DNA of 64,000 nucleotides from Octopus sinensis (taxonomy: Eukaryota). Below the pieces are notes generated by a model that was given only the letters and a program-made list of their open reading frames with translations, did not search any database and had not been told where the DNA came from. Position numbers and translations under genes: made by a program. Location: positions 41,354,001-41,418,000 of the forward strand of contig NC_043010.1 of the NCBI RefSeq assembly GCF_006345805.1. The letters are read 5' to 3'. Of this stretch, positions 1-11,505 are shown one piece after another (positions within the stretch are counted from its first letter, which is position 1; the number at the start of each line of letters is the position of its first letter).

Positions 1-48
1 ACAAACTGCCGTTTATATATAGAGATATATATATATATATAATATATA

Positions 49-84
<36 letters not shown>

Positions 85-170
85 TGTATGTATGTATGTA
101 TGTATGTATGTATGTATGCATGTATGTATGTGCGTGTGTGTATGTATACATATATATATGAATATGTATG
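1..170. repeat. (TA)n/(TATG)n compound microsatellite
   Basis: Direct reading. Confidence 0.95.
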
Positions 171-380
171 TATGCATATATGCACATATCCTTTTATCTT
201 ATTTCGTTTAATGTATATACATATTTTTAAATAATATTCTTCTCTTATATTCAAGATTTATACATTTGAATTATTTCTGTATCTTTATTATACTTATTAC
301 TCTTTCGCACCAGTTTCTCAATAATAAAAAAGCTTTTTTATTCACATCCATTTAGATCACTACTTTATATTTTAGAAAAT

Positions 381-416
<36 letters not shown>

Positions 417-812
417 ATCAATTTTCTAACATATAACGTAGTGATGTAAGTTGATGTGAATAAAAAAGCTTTTTTTGTTATTGAGTGATTGGTACGAAAA
501 AGTAATAAGTATAATACGCTGCTTTCTTCCAAGGAATGTAATACTTTTAGCTTATTTTTTCCTCGGGTTGGCCAGATTGGAGCAATCTCGAGTATAACCA
601 GCCGAAATTGCAAAAATAACTGGAACTCGACTGAGGACAGATACTCCGAATGATGCATCCTTGTTTTTCGTGTATCGTCTGTATATTTTTTGTGCCTTTT
701 TTGTTTCATCTAACTATCTGGATGTTTTGCGTTCTTGTCCCATTTTTGTATTTTTTAGATATAAAATATAGCGGCGTACGTACACTTTGGTCTCTCTCTC
801 TCTTTCTCTCTG

Positions 813-846
<34 letters not shown>

Positions 847-1934
847 ATATATATGCGCCGTTGTTAGTGTCGTTCTTGGCACTAAGGCAGTTGCACGCTA
901 TTTTGTAGCTGCGAATTAATAACTAAAAGAGCTCAACTGTAAGGTAAGGTTTTTGTTTTTTGGGTCCAGTGGGGGTTTGTTGTTTGGTGTGTAATATTTT
1001 TTCCCAGGCAAGAAGTCTTCACTGGATTCTAGACATTTGTCGGCTTGCAGTTGAGCAATATTGTTTACTTAAGGGGAATTGTTTGGCGGGCGTATCTCGC
1101 CGCCAAAAGTTTGAACTGGTTGAACTGCTGACGGACATTTTTGTGAACTGTCTTCGTGTTCTGAAATCTTCCTGTTTTTGGAGTATGAGTTAGGCCTAGG
1201 AGTACTCAAGTGGGCGAAGATTATGTGTCTGTTCATCTTTTTTTTTTTATTTATTTCTTCCTTGTCTATTTTTTTTTGTTTTTCTTCTTTCCTCTTCTAT
1301 TACATATTTTCCTTCTTTCTCTTTTTATTTTTTCCCTTCATACCTTTGTTTTTTTTCCTTTCCTATCTATAATTTTTTCCCCTTTTATTTGAATTTTCTG
1401 GACTTTTTTTATGAACATGGCTGAGTGTTGTTCTTAGCTGCAAATTATCGACGAAAATAGCTCAACTGTAGGATAAGACTGATATTACTTTGCTTTGAAA
1501 TAATTAAGGTCGCCGATAGGAATTGCATCCAGCCGTGCAAAATCGGCCTTAGCGAATTACGCCCGACCTATATAACCATAGAAAGAGGGACGTAAAACGA
1601 TGATGATGAAGATGATTTCACACACACACACAAACACACACGCACATGTATGTATTTATGTATGTATTTAGGTCGTTGTCTATGTATATGCATCTCATTC
1701 AATTTTAGTTATCATAATTTTGCGTGTATTCTACGGACGATTTGTTATAATCGTCATGCTTCTTAAGATAGACAGAAGAGCGCAGTTTAAACGGGAAGGG
1801 TAAATTGACATAGTATTTCACTGGTATATTACTTTATCAAGCCCAGAATGGCAAGGTTTCACTCGAAACATTAGTCAAAGAGCTTTTATTCTCACACTTT
1901 ATTCCGGCACTCTACTATGTTTACCATCCACACT

Positions 1935-2060
1935 TCCAAACACTACCTCCACCACCACCACCACCACCACCGCCACCGTCACCACCGCCACCATCAGTAC
2001 CACCACGACCACCACCAACACCACCACCACCGCCACCATCAACAACAACAACAATAACAA
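1935..2060. repeat. (CCA)n/(ACA)n trinucleotide repeat
   Basis: Direct reading. Confidence 0.9.
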
Positions 2061-2185
2061 TAGTAACATTTATAATGTCATTAGCATCGTAACAGATTGA
2101 ATAAGTATGTTCACATGTCTGTATAAAATACATGCACACACATATATACATAAATACATACACACACACATATATATACATACAT

Positions 2186-2357
2186 ACAGGCGTGGCTGTT
2201 AAATAACAAGCTTGTTTCTCAACCACATGGTTCCGGGTTCAGTCCCACAGCGTGGCTCCTTGGGTGAGTGTCTTCTACTATAGCCTCGGGTTGACCATAG
2301 CCTTGTGAGTGAATTTGGTAGACGGAAGCTGAAAGAAGCCGATCATATGTATGTATG

Positions 2358-2391
<34 letters not shown>

Positions 2392-2535
2392 TGTATGTAT
2401 GTAGTATGTGTGTATGTATGTATGTGTGTATGTATGTATGTATGTATGTGTGTATGTATGTATGCATGTGTGTATGTATGTATGTATGTGTGTGTTGTGT
2501 GTGTGTGTGTGTGTGTGTGTGTTTGTGTATGTATG
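2186..2535 (+). mobile_element. tRNA-derived SINE with microsatellite tail (family 2)
   Basis: Box-B-like GGTTCAGTCCC, body GTGTCTTCTACTATAGCCTCGGG...GGTAGACGGAAGCTGAAAGAAGCC, then (TATG)n/(TG)n. The related sequence occurs reversed at 9295-9580. Confidence 0.75.
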
Positions 2536-3426
2536 TTGCAAAAGAACACCATGTGTCAGAAGGAATAATCCAAAATGTTGTCCACAAAGACATCAGATGC
2601 AAATCGTATGCAATGAGAAAAGGTCAGAAACAGTGAAGGAAAATCGCTTAATCAGATCTAAAAAAGACTCCTGAACAAACTTAAAAACCCACCAGAGAAA
2701 GATGTCATTTGTTTCTTCTCAGACGAGAAAAACTTTGGTCAAGATGAGAAAGTAAACAGAAGAAATGACAGATGGTTATGTACAGATCCTTCGGAAGTTC
2801 CAAGAGTAATGCATACAAAATTTCCTGCAACTGTCATGGTTTTGGGGGTTGTTAGCAATGAAGGACATGTGATGCCTCCTCATTTCTTTCCACAAGGTCT
2901 TCGAGTAAACTCTGCTGCCTACATAGATGTTCTGAATACAATGGTTAAGCCACGAATCGATAATGTACGAAACAGAAGATTTTATGTGTTTCAACAAGAC
3001 TAGGCACCATCACACAAGGCTACAGCAATGCAGGAATGGATGGCGGAAAATTTTCCTGATCACACAACTCCCAAAAATTGGGCCTCCTAGCTCCCCAGAT
3101 CTCAATCCATTGGACTACTATGTATGGAACGTAGTTGAGAAAGAGGTTAATGAGCACTCTCATAACACCAAAGAATCTCTAAAAACCTCCATAGTCAGAG
3201 TAATGTCCAATATGAACACAGACCACCTGATCCTAGCATGTAGGCGATTCAGACCTCGCACAGAAGCCATTATTGAGGCTGAAGGAGATTTTATTGAATA
3301 AAATGACGAAACAATATGTTTATTCTTAGCCTCAAAACCTTTTTCAGTAAAAAAGCATTATTGTCTATTTTTAAGCCATTTTTGTGTAAGTATATAACTG
3401 TCCTCAAATACGTTATACACCCTGTA
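2533..3426 (+). mobile_element. Tc1/mariner maT-type (DD37D) transposon, 5'-truncated, inactive
   Basis: FSDEKNF...VFQQD*APSH...WPPSSPDLNPLDYYVW. There are 37 residues between the second and third Asp after correcting one frameshift, plus an in-frame stop. The right end reads ...CGTTATACACCCTG|TA at 3424-3426. Confidence 0.88.
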
Positions 3427-3641
3427 TATGTGAATGCGTATACAAATATTTATGCATATATGTTTCTTTATATTAATAATCGATAAAAGTTATAGAGTAA
3501 CACAAGGGCCAACGCACGAAACTAACTTTGTAACTTCTACTGATTATTAATAAAAAGCGTATATATACTCATGGTTTGAGTTCTATGTTTTTGTTTGTAT
3601 TACCAAACCTATGCACGTATGTATATTTTTCTGTAGGAATG

Positions 3642-3647
3642 TTTATT
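3642..3647 (-). terminator. Candidate polyadenylation signal AATAAA of the zinc-finger gene
   Basis: AATAAA on the minus strand about 50 nt after the stop codon. Weak evidence in AT-rich DNA. Confidence 0.25.
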
Positions 3648-3698
3648 TGTTTATATGTAAGTATGTTAGTCTATCCATACCAAAGGCTATATGTTTAT

Positions 3699-5388
3699 TC
3701 AGCCTATAACTGGGTCAAGGTGCCACACTAAATGTGCCGTAAACTCAAGGCGATTTCCCATTTTTTTCATACATTTTTTGCATGTGAATGGATCAGCATC
3801 ATCAGCTGAATGTAAACTGTTATGTAACATGAACATGGCAGAATCTTCAAACCAAATATGGCAATGTTCACATCGGGTGCCCGATGACATGTCTGATAAT
3901 TGTTGCTGCTTGGTAGTGATGTTGATGTCGCTCTTGTTGGAAGTGTTGCTGTGGTACATGAGATCAAGGTAAGCAGTGGAGATAGGATAAGGTGAGAACT
4001 GCAGTCGTGGATCTAAATGTGATGTCATGTAGAATGGCCGGGTAAATGAAGATGGAACACCGAGGAGGTTACGTGTGTAAGTCATGTTGTGAAGTCCTAG
4101 CCCTTTTGACTCCCGTTTGATCAATGCCTTCAGGCTGTCTGAACTTCTTTTAAAAGGAGGTGGGCATGGTATGTTACTTCCGGTCACTGCTGGTTGGTAA
4201 TTGTCGTCACAGGAGACGCTTGGTAGTAAGGACATGTTAAAGTAGTCTGATACATGTAACCTATTCTTGCGACTGCCCTTGGATAAGCTGGTCATCATCG
4301 CTGGGTCAGGCTGGTGGGACAGGGATGATACTTCCATCTTTGGACGATTGTTACAATCTAGTTTCTTATTTTCAATTTTGCCAGTATCTCCACGCTCTTT
4401 ACTTAAATCTTCAGCAATTATTTCTACTTCAAAGGATCTACTATCATCATTTACATTAATCTGTTGCTCTTGGTCATGGCCAGGTGACAGTTTCATCTCC
4501 ACTCTCCGACTTGGTTTGTCATTGCTGTCGTGGTCGTCCCTGTCGTTATCGTTCAAACTTTTACTACCAAAAATTGACTTCAAAGCTTCTATTTCTGTAC
4601 TATCATTGTTTTTACTGTTGTTGTTGTCATTGCTAGTAAGGTTGTCATCGTTATCGTCCTTGCTGCTGTTATTGTTATTACTACTCTCTGGTGGTATCTG
4701 AGACAGGCAGAACCTTGCACAACCTATCCACTTGCTTCCATGCAAGTTTGGCTTCTCATTTAAAGTTACTTGTTCTGAATGCAAGCTGCTTCCACTCTTT
4801 GGATTTACTATGTCAAGTCTCGGGTCAGCGCTCATGGGATGGAGAGTGCCTCTGCGTCCTCGTGTCGCCCGGATATTACCTTTAACGTCATGAAGTCTTT
4901 TGTGTCGATCCAATTCATCTGAAGTGGGAAAACCTTCTCCACAACATCTGCAAAGATGAATCTGATGGATCTCATGTGTGCGCAAGTGAGTGGCCAACAA
5001 ATGGCAACTAGTAAATCGGGCGTTGCATAAACGGCACATATTTTTCTGTCGGTTGGGAGAGTGAACCTTCATGTGTTGTTTGAGGTGGTCAGAACGTGTG
5101 AACCGTCGTCCACACAGGTTGCAAATGTATGGTCTCTCACCGCTGTGCACTCTAACATGTCGTTGTAATTTGGAAGGTGTACGATATGATTTGTTGCAGA
5201 TTGCACAGTTCAAAGGTGCATTGCCTCGACTGTGTTGTAGAACATGGAGCTGCATGTCTCTCACTGAGGTGAACTGTTTAGCACAATAACGACACATGTA
5301 ACTGGTAGCCATAGCCATCTGCTGTACAGGGTAACGACTGCTTGCACTTATTGACGGTACTCGTACACTCATCTCTTGACTCAGGTGC
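3699..5388 (-). CDS. C2H2 zinc-finger transcription factor, main coding exon: 5 N-terminal fingers plus a C-terminal Ikaros/Hunchback-like dimerisation finger pair
   Basis: Long stop-free ORF. Fingers YMCRYC..H..H, LNCAIC..HVRVH, SGERP linker, YICNLC..RSDHLKQHMKVH, MCRLC..HLRTH and HLCRCC..HKRLH (about 4890-5300). C-terminal CEHCHIWFEDSAMFMLHNSLH-SADDADPFTCKKC..RLEFTAHLVWH (3720-3878). The track start at 5525 runs through a (TATT)n intronic tract. An acceptor TTTCTGTATTTTGTAG|G puts the exon start at 5388, and the first in-exon ATG is at 5372. Confidence 0.92.
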
Positions 5389-5404
5389 CTACAAAATACA
5401 GAAA

Positions 5405-5435
<31 letters not shown>

Positions 5436-5732
5436 ATATATATATGTATAAATATTTACATATACGCAAACACATGTATAAACATTACGCATATGTCTAG
5501 GGGAAATAACTGAAATTTCAATCAATTAAAAATTAATTGAGTGGATATGAAGAGCTGTGAGTTTGATCAAATGTGGATATTTTGTGGGATGTTAGTCTGG
5601 TGAAATATGCATATCAGATGATGAGTTAGTCTGTTCTACTGTGGGTATTAGATAGTGGGATAGCCTGATATAACGTAGGCATCAGATGGGTATCAGTCTT
5701 ATCTAGTTAATATAAGTATCAGGCTGATATCT

Positions 5733-5990
5733 GGACGTTCTGAGTTCAAATTCCGTCGAGGTCGAATTTGCTTTTCATCCTTTCGCAGCCGATGAAATAA
5801 GTACCTGTTGAACACTCGATGTAATCAATTTATCTCCTCCTCTGAATTTGCTGGCCTTGTGCAAAATTTTAAAAACGCTAAGAGCTGGCAGAATTGTTAG
5901 CACGTCGGGAAAAATGCTTAGCGGCATTTCGTCCGTCTTTATGAGATCAAATTCCGCTGAGGTTGACTTTGCCTTTCATCCTTTCTGCCA
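5733..5990 (+). mobile_element. Two adjacent partial SINE copies (family 1)
   Basis: GTTCTGAGTTCAAATTCCG..GAGGTCGA..TTGC.TTTCATCCTTTC core in both copies. The second has the head GAGCTGGCAGAA..GTTAGCACG and is cut by the LINE at about 5990. Confidence 0.8.
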
Positions 5991-7372
5991 TGCTCAGAAG
6001 GAGGCTGTGGCCTGATACAGGAAAATAACTACTATAAAATAACAACAGTTGGGCTAGGAAAGTACTTAGAAACAAAGAGTGGAAGACTGCTGCATGTAGT
6101 AAAGCAACCCGAGAAAAAAGGGAGCCCTTTTCTCTATATTCAAAGAGGCGACAAAATACGAAACAGAAACAAACTACACTGACACACTGATCTTAGATAA
6201 CAACATAACAGAAATGGTTAAAGAGACAAAAAACAACCTGAAAACAGAATTACAAAAGGTACTGAAGAAGAAATGGAAGAAAAAAAATCACTTCATGGCC
6301 AGTACTCTGGAAGGCTTGACAGAGAAGAAGTAAGCCTAACAATGGCTCAAAACCTCTGGACTAAAAGCTGAAACGGAAGGACTATTTCTCGCTGCACAAG
6401 ACCAATACCTGAATACAAACAATTATAAAAACAAGATAATGAAAATACCAATACCAAATGCCCTATACCAAATGCAGAAAGTGCAAGCAGCACAATGAGA
6501 CAGTTGGCCACATCGTCTCGGGATGCCCAGTTCTTGCCAAGTCTGAATATATATACAGACACGACAAAATAAGCAGTTATATCCGCTGGACAATATGTCA
6601 ATATTACAATATTAAGGATGACAATAGGTGGTATAAGCATATGCGAAATAAGGTACAAGACAACGACCAGGCCACAATCATCTGGGATAGGCCGCTTCAA
6701 ACCGACAAAGAAATAAAAGTTAATCGTCCAGACATAATAGTCAAGGATTGGGAAAAAAAAACACCTGCTTACTGATAGACATTGCAGTCCCTTCTGATCA
6801 AAATATTGTCCAAAAAGAAGTGGAGAAATTGTCAAAGTGCAAAGGCCTCAAAATTGAAGTATTTAAGATGTGGGACATGAAGGCAAAAACAATACCAATA
6901 ATAATTGGGGCATTGGGCATGATAAAAACATATGAACAAAAACGTAGAAGCTATACGTGAATCCTCAACACTACACACTATCTCCAAAATAGTCCTGCTA
7001 GGAACAGTCCACATCCTACGCAAGACTCTCAATTCAATAATACAACCTAAACAAAACAACCAACAAGCACAAGACGCACTCTATATAGCATCTACCCAGT
7101 GAAATAAACTCCCACCAGCAAACCAAATAACCAATGCATTACACACTCAACACAACACAAGCTGTAACACAACAAAATACTGCACCACACCTCAAGAGAA
7201 AAACAAAAACTAACACAATACAATACCGGGAAGAATTTGCACACTCACAACAGCAGAAAAGAACACACAATGCTGCACACACCTTTGCAACACGAAGGGG
7301 TGGCAGGTGATGTAGTAGAAATTTGCCTCAGACTACCAAATGTTAAACAACTATATAAAAATAATAATAATA
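5990..7372 (+). mobile_element. R4/Dong-like non-LTR retrotransposon 3' fragment (CCHC + restriction-like endonuclease) ending in (TAA)n
   Basis: WLKTSGLKAETEGLFLAAQDQ, CRKC..HNETVGHIVSGC, RPDIIVKD..CLLIDIAVP, IPIIIGALG. The 3' UTR is followed by TAA repeats at about 7360-7372. Frameshifted. Confidence 0.88.
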
Positions 7373-7770
7373 ATCCTTTCTACTATAGGCACAAGGCCTG
7401 GATTTTTGTGGGGAGGGAGACAATCGATCACATCCACCCAGTACTGGACTGGTACTTAATTTATCCACCCTGAAAGGGTGAAAGACAATGTCGACTCCGG
7501 CGGAATTTGAACTCAGAACGTAGCGGCAGACGAAATACCTATTTCTTTACTACTCACAAGGGGCTAAACACAGAGGGGACAAACGAGGACAGACAAACGG
7601 ATTAAGTCGATTACATCGACCCCAGAGCGTAACTGGTACTTATTTAATCGACCCCGAAAGGATGAAAGGCAAAGTCGACCTCGGCGGAATTTGAACACAG
7701 AACGTAGCGGCAGACGAAATACCTATTTCTTTACTATATATAGTATATATACCTATTTCTTTACTATATA
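7373..7770 (-). mobile_element. Tandem family-1 SINE copies
   Basis: Two copies of TCGACC.CGGCGGAATTTGAAC.CAGAACGTAGCGGCAGACGAAATACC plus the start of a third. Confidence 0.85.
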
Positions 7771-8765
7771 TAATTTCATTATACATCCATATTTATACAA
7801 GACCTCTATGTATATGCACATTGCTGGTTCTTCGCGGTCTCTCGCTGATACATCAATAAAAGTACTATAATTGGCCTTATGTCCGTCCGTCTGTCCGTGA
7901 CCTTTTCACTGCCAAACGACTAGTCACACTTGCACGAAATTGGCAGTCTTACTAAGGACGTCTTGAGAATGGTTTATATCATGTTTAAAAAATAGTAAAA
8001 TAGTAAAATCGACCTTAGCGAAAGTCGAACTCAGATCGTAAAACCAGAAGAAATGTCACTAAGTCTTCCTCACATCCATTCTGCTGTCTTAATAAAAAGA
8101 GCATGTTAGATAACATTGTCTTCGACACATTTTCTTTGACTGAAAAGGGTGTTCGCATCTAAAACGCCTGCCCCAGCAAGGACGACACAGGGTTAAACAA
8201 GGAAGAACACATTGAATAGTATTGTGCTATGTACAATGTATGAATATAAAAGACGGAATGGTCATGGTTGGAAAGAAACTTGACCATACTGCTGTCTATT
8301 CAGGTCTGATCTGGGGATTAGCAGGGAACAAACATGAACGAAAAATAACAAAAAACAAATTAGCGGGAAAAAAAAGAAGCAACAAAAATTACTGACTTGG
8401 TCTTTAAGATCTGGTCATCGGTTAGAGAAAACTGAGAAAACATGTTTAAGTCGTATACTTGTAATGGAGACTACAGATCGGTGCTTCTTTCTTCAACACA
8501 GGAGAGTTAAGAATGATCTCTGATCAAAGGTGGTGAAGAGTTTTGTCTTCATTTTATATATGGGTGTATATGTTGATTGTAAGGATATTGGTGTGGTGTT
8601 GCTGTGAGTATATATTAATGTAGGAGTTTGTCGATATGTATGTGCGTGTGTTGGCATGTTCGTGAAAGAAAGAAGGCTGAGGAATACATGTGTGAATGGA
8701 TACGCACGTATCCATCCATCCATCCATCCATCCATCCATCTAGACATACACATTTACACCCAACC

Positions 8766-8796
<31 letters not shown>

Positions 8797-8994
8797 CATA
8801 CATACATACATACATACATCATACATACATACATACATACATACGTACGTACGTACGTACATGCATGCATAAAGTTATAAACACGAGTGTAGGGATGGTG
8901 ATGACGATCAGTGCGTTCTTAAGGAACAAATAGAAGGTGGGGAAAAAGAATGAAGCCAAGAGTAAAGACTAAAGTTCAAGCAATGTATGAAAGA

Positions 8995-9085
8995 TAATGA
9001 TGATGATGCTGATGATGATGATGATAATGATGATGATGATGATGACGACGATGGTGGTGACGATAATGTCGACGATGATGACGAT
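8995..9085. repeat. (GAT)n/(GAC)n repeat
   Basis: Direct reading. Confidence 0.9.
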
Positions 9086-9294
9086 AAATATCTGTCTCTC
9101 TTCTAACTTAGCATCGAAGATCAAGGAGTAGGTGTTTTGTCCATCGGGTAGACTGAGTTCAATTATATGTTCATTGATTACAATGACATTGATACTTCTA
9201 AAGTTTTACTAAGCGGACATGTTAAACGATGGGTTGGTGTGGTGGATAAATTTTGCATGTGTTGTCATAGTTACTGAGATGTGTTGTTTTATAT

Positions 9295-9580
9295 ATACTC
9301 TTTTACTCTTTTCTTTTTTACTTGTTTCAGTCATTTGACTGCGGCCATGCTGGAGCACCGCCTTTAATCGAGCAACTCGACCCCGGGACTTATTCTTTTG
9401 TAAGCCCAGTGCTTATTCTATCGGTCTATTTTGCCGAACCGCTAAGTAACGGGGTCATAAACACACCTGCATCGGTTGTCAAGCAATGCTAGGGGGACAA
9501 ACACAGACACACAAACACACACACGCATATATATATATACATATATACGACGGGCTTCTTTCAGTTTCCGTCTACCAAAT
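9295..9580 (-). mobile_element. Family-2 SINE, head-truncated
   Basis: ACTTGTTTCAGTCATTTGACTGCGGCCATGCTGGAGCACCGCC tail and GGGCTTCTTTCAGTTTCCGTCTACCAAAT, which is the reverse of the 2186 copy. Confidence 0.8.
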
Positions 9581-9772
9581 CGTCATTGATTGGTTGAAAT
9601 TGCCGAAATTGAAGAAAATATCTTACAAATATCTTACAAACTACAGAATTTTCTCAAGAAAGCCAAGAGAAAAAGATGTTTTATAAACACATTCTACCAG
9701 TATACAAAGTTTAAAATTTTTTAGTTACATGGAAATTATTTAAAAAATCTGCCGGTCAAAGCGAAAAGATCC
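9581..9772 (+). mobile_element. Right half of the GGATC-terminal MITE family
   Basis: Matches about 37190-37378 and ends in ..AAAGCGAAAAGATCC. Confidence 0.8.
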
Positions 9773-10265
9773 AGATTTATTAAGTGTTAAGGGACATAAA
9801 GTAATCGTTATTAGCTGTTATTGATATTGGAGACAAATTGAGAGATGAAATGGCGGTAGAGATAAAAGTTGGTCATTGCTTCTACACTTCCAGGTCCAAC
9901 ACCACTAAGTGTCGTCACAATTACATTACTAATTACCGCCACCAACATACTTATTTCAACGGGAAGCAGCAGCAGCAACAGCCCCATCCCCAACAACAAT
10001 AACAATAACAACACAAGCCACTCGGTCAAAGGGCAAAGTGATATTTTATATATTCTGTATTGAATAAATGAGGAGGAAAGAGGTAGAAGAAAAGGTTGAG
10101 AAGGTGAAAGAGTTGGGCAGGTGAATGTCGATTCTATTGTGTTGAAACTAGATGAGATAGAACAAGCAGCCTTCATATTTACTCACTGTCCTCACCAAGT
10201 GGACTGTTCATTAAACCCACAAATGGACATACACCATGTCCTAGTTTTAGCCCTTGAAATATATT

Positions 10266-10481
10266 GATTTCAAATTTTGGCACAACGCCAGTAATTTCGG
10301 TGAGAGGGAATAAGTCGATTACATCGATCCCAGTGCTCAACTGGTTCTTATTTTATCGACCCCGAAAGGATGAAAGGCAAATGCGACTTCGGCGGAATTT
10401 GTACTCAGAACATAAAGACTGACGAAATGCCGCTAAGTATCTTGCCCAGCGTGCTAACGTTTCTGCCAGTTCGCCGCCTTC
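10266..10481 (-). mobile_element. Full-length family-1 SINE with about 19-bp target-site duplication
   Basis: Head GGCGGCGAACTGGCAGAAACGTTAGCACG. TSD TTAGCCCTT(G/T)AAATATATT at 10247-10265 and 10482-10500. Confidence 0.88.
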
Positions 10482-11049
10482 TTAGCCCTTTAAATATATT
10501 AATACCTAGTTGTGGTTGTTCTTCTTTTAGAAAAAAATATTAAGATTATCATTGTTATCAGTTAAGCAGGGGTGGGTGGGCAACAAGAACAATTTTCGAC
10601 TTATAATTTTGTTAAACGTAGTTTAAAATTTTGGTTAATGTGTTCGCGAAGAGGTGATAAGGAAAGTGGAAAGTGCAGACCGGTGCGATTCCCGGCAGAT
10701 TCATCTTCATGCGTGTGGCGCTTGGATCAGTCATAAGCTATCGATAAAGTCCATTATCAGTACTTGACAGCTATCCGCACTGCAGTCGTTTTCCGGACCC
10801 ATTTTCAGAGATCGCATGTTTTGCTGTCAGACTTAATTAGTCATCTATTGATGCAATTTGGAATTTCTACTCGATCCATGAAACGTTTCCTTTTTCAGCG
10901 CTCCTGCATGATATTGTTCTTGAACTAATACTGTAGAAGCGTGAGATGCTGAGGGGTATTCCATGCGAACCGTATCGGTATATCACTATGATGGTGTCGA
11001 ATAAATCGGAAATCGAGGTGGTTGATACCACATTAAAAAAATAAAAGGT

Positions 11050-11505
11050 GATCATCATCATTCATCATTGTCCGACCGTGGTCGAGACAATGGAACTTAC
11101 TTTGTTACGCCAGACATCGGACCTGACCTAACACCATCCAACCAAAGTACAAATATATGGGAAGTTACCACTTGTATCATCTCTTGTGAAAGGTAGAAGA
11201 GTCCAGTTTTGCTGGACATTGTTGTAGAGCTGAAAACGAGGTAATTTCTACTCTTCTCCTTTGGAAGCCACCTGCTCGCGATATCAGAGGGCGCACATTC
11301 TCCTACCCTAATGTAATCTCCAGGGATACAGGCATCCAGCAACCGGATCTCCTGCTACTGGTAAACTGTATATATATGTACTTTGGTTGGATGGTGTCAG
11401 GTCAAGTCCGATGTATGCAGCATCGGATCTTGCTACTGGTAAACTGTAAACCAGTACAACCTGTGTCAGTGGGGTAGAAAGGGCTCCTTAGCCGTAGTGA
11501 AGAAG
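11050..11505. mobile_element. Rearranged RTE-X-like LINE 3' fragment
   Basis: The plus strand gives HPTKVQIYGKLPLVSSLVKGRRV.FAGHCCRAENEVISTLLLWKP..RGRTFSYPNVISRDTG. The C-terminal SIVSTTVGQ* and TGA-repeat tail are on the minus strand at about 11050-11100. Confidence 0.65.

Noticed and set aside
920-1250. Moderately GC-rich segment considered as an L1/Tx1 3' end
   Set aside because: The resemblance is too faint to support without a search.
2186-2250. SINE heads as tRNA genes (also 42850-42890)
   Set aside because: Only box-B-like motifs are present, with no complete cloverleaf, and they continue into SINE bodies.
5389-5525. N-terminal 45 codons of the 608-aa track ORF
   Set aside because: Non-ATG start, runs through a (TATT)n tract and ends at a good splice acceptor, so it is intronic.
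9811-10176. 121-aa and 64-aa ORFs in apparently unique sequence
   Set aside because: Low-complexity (CAG/CAA) content, no domain and no convincing splice signals.
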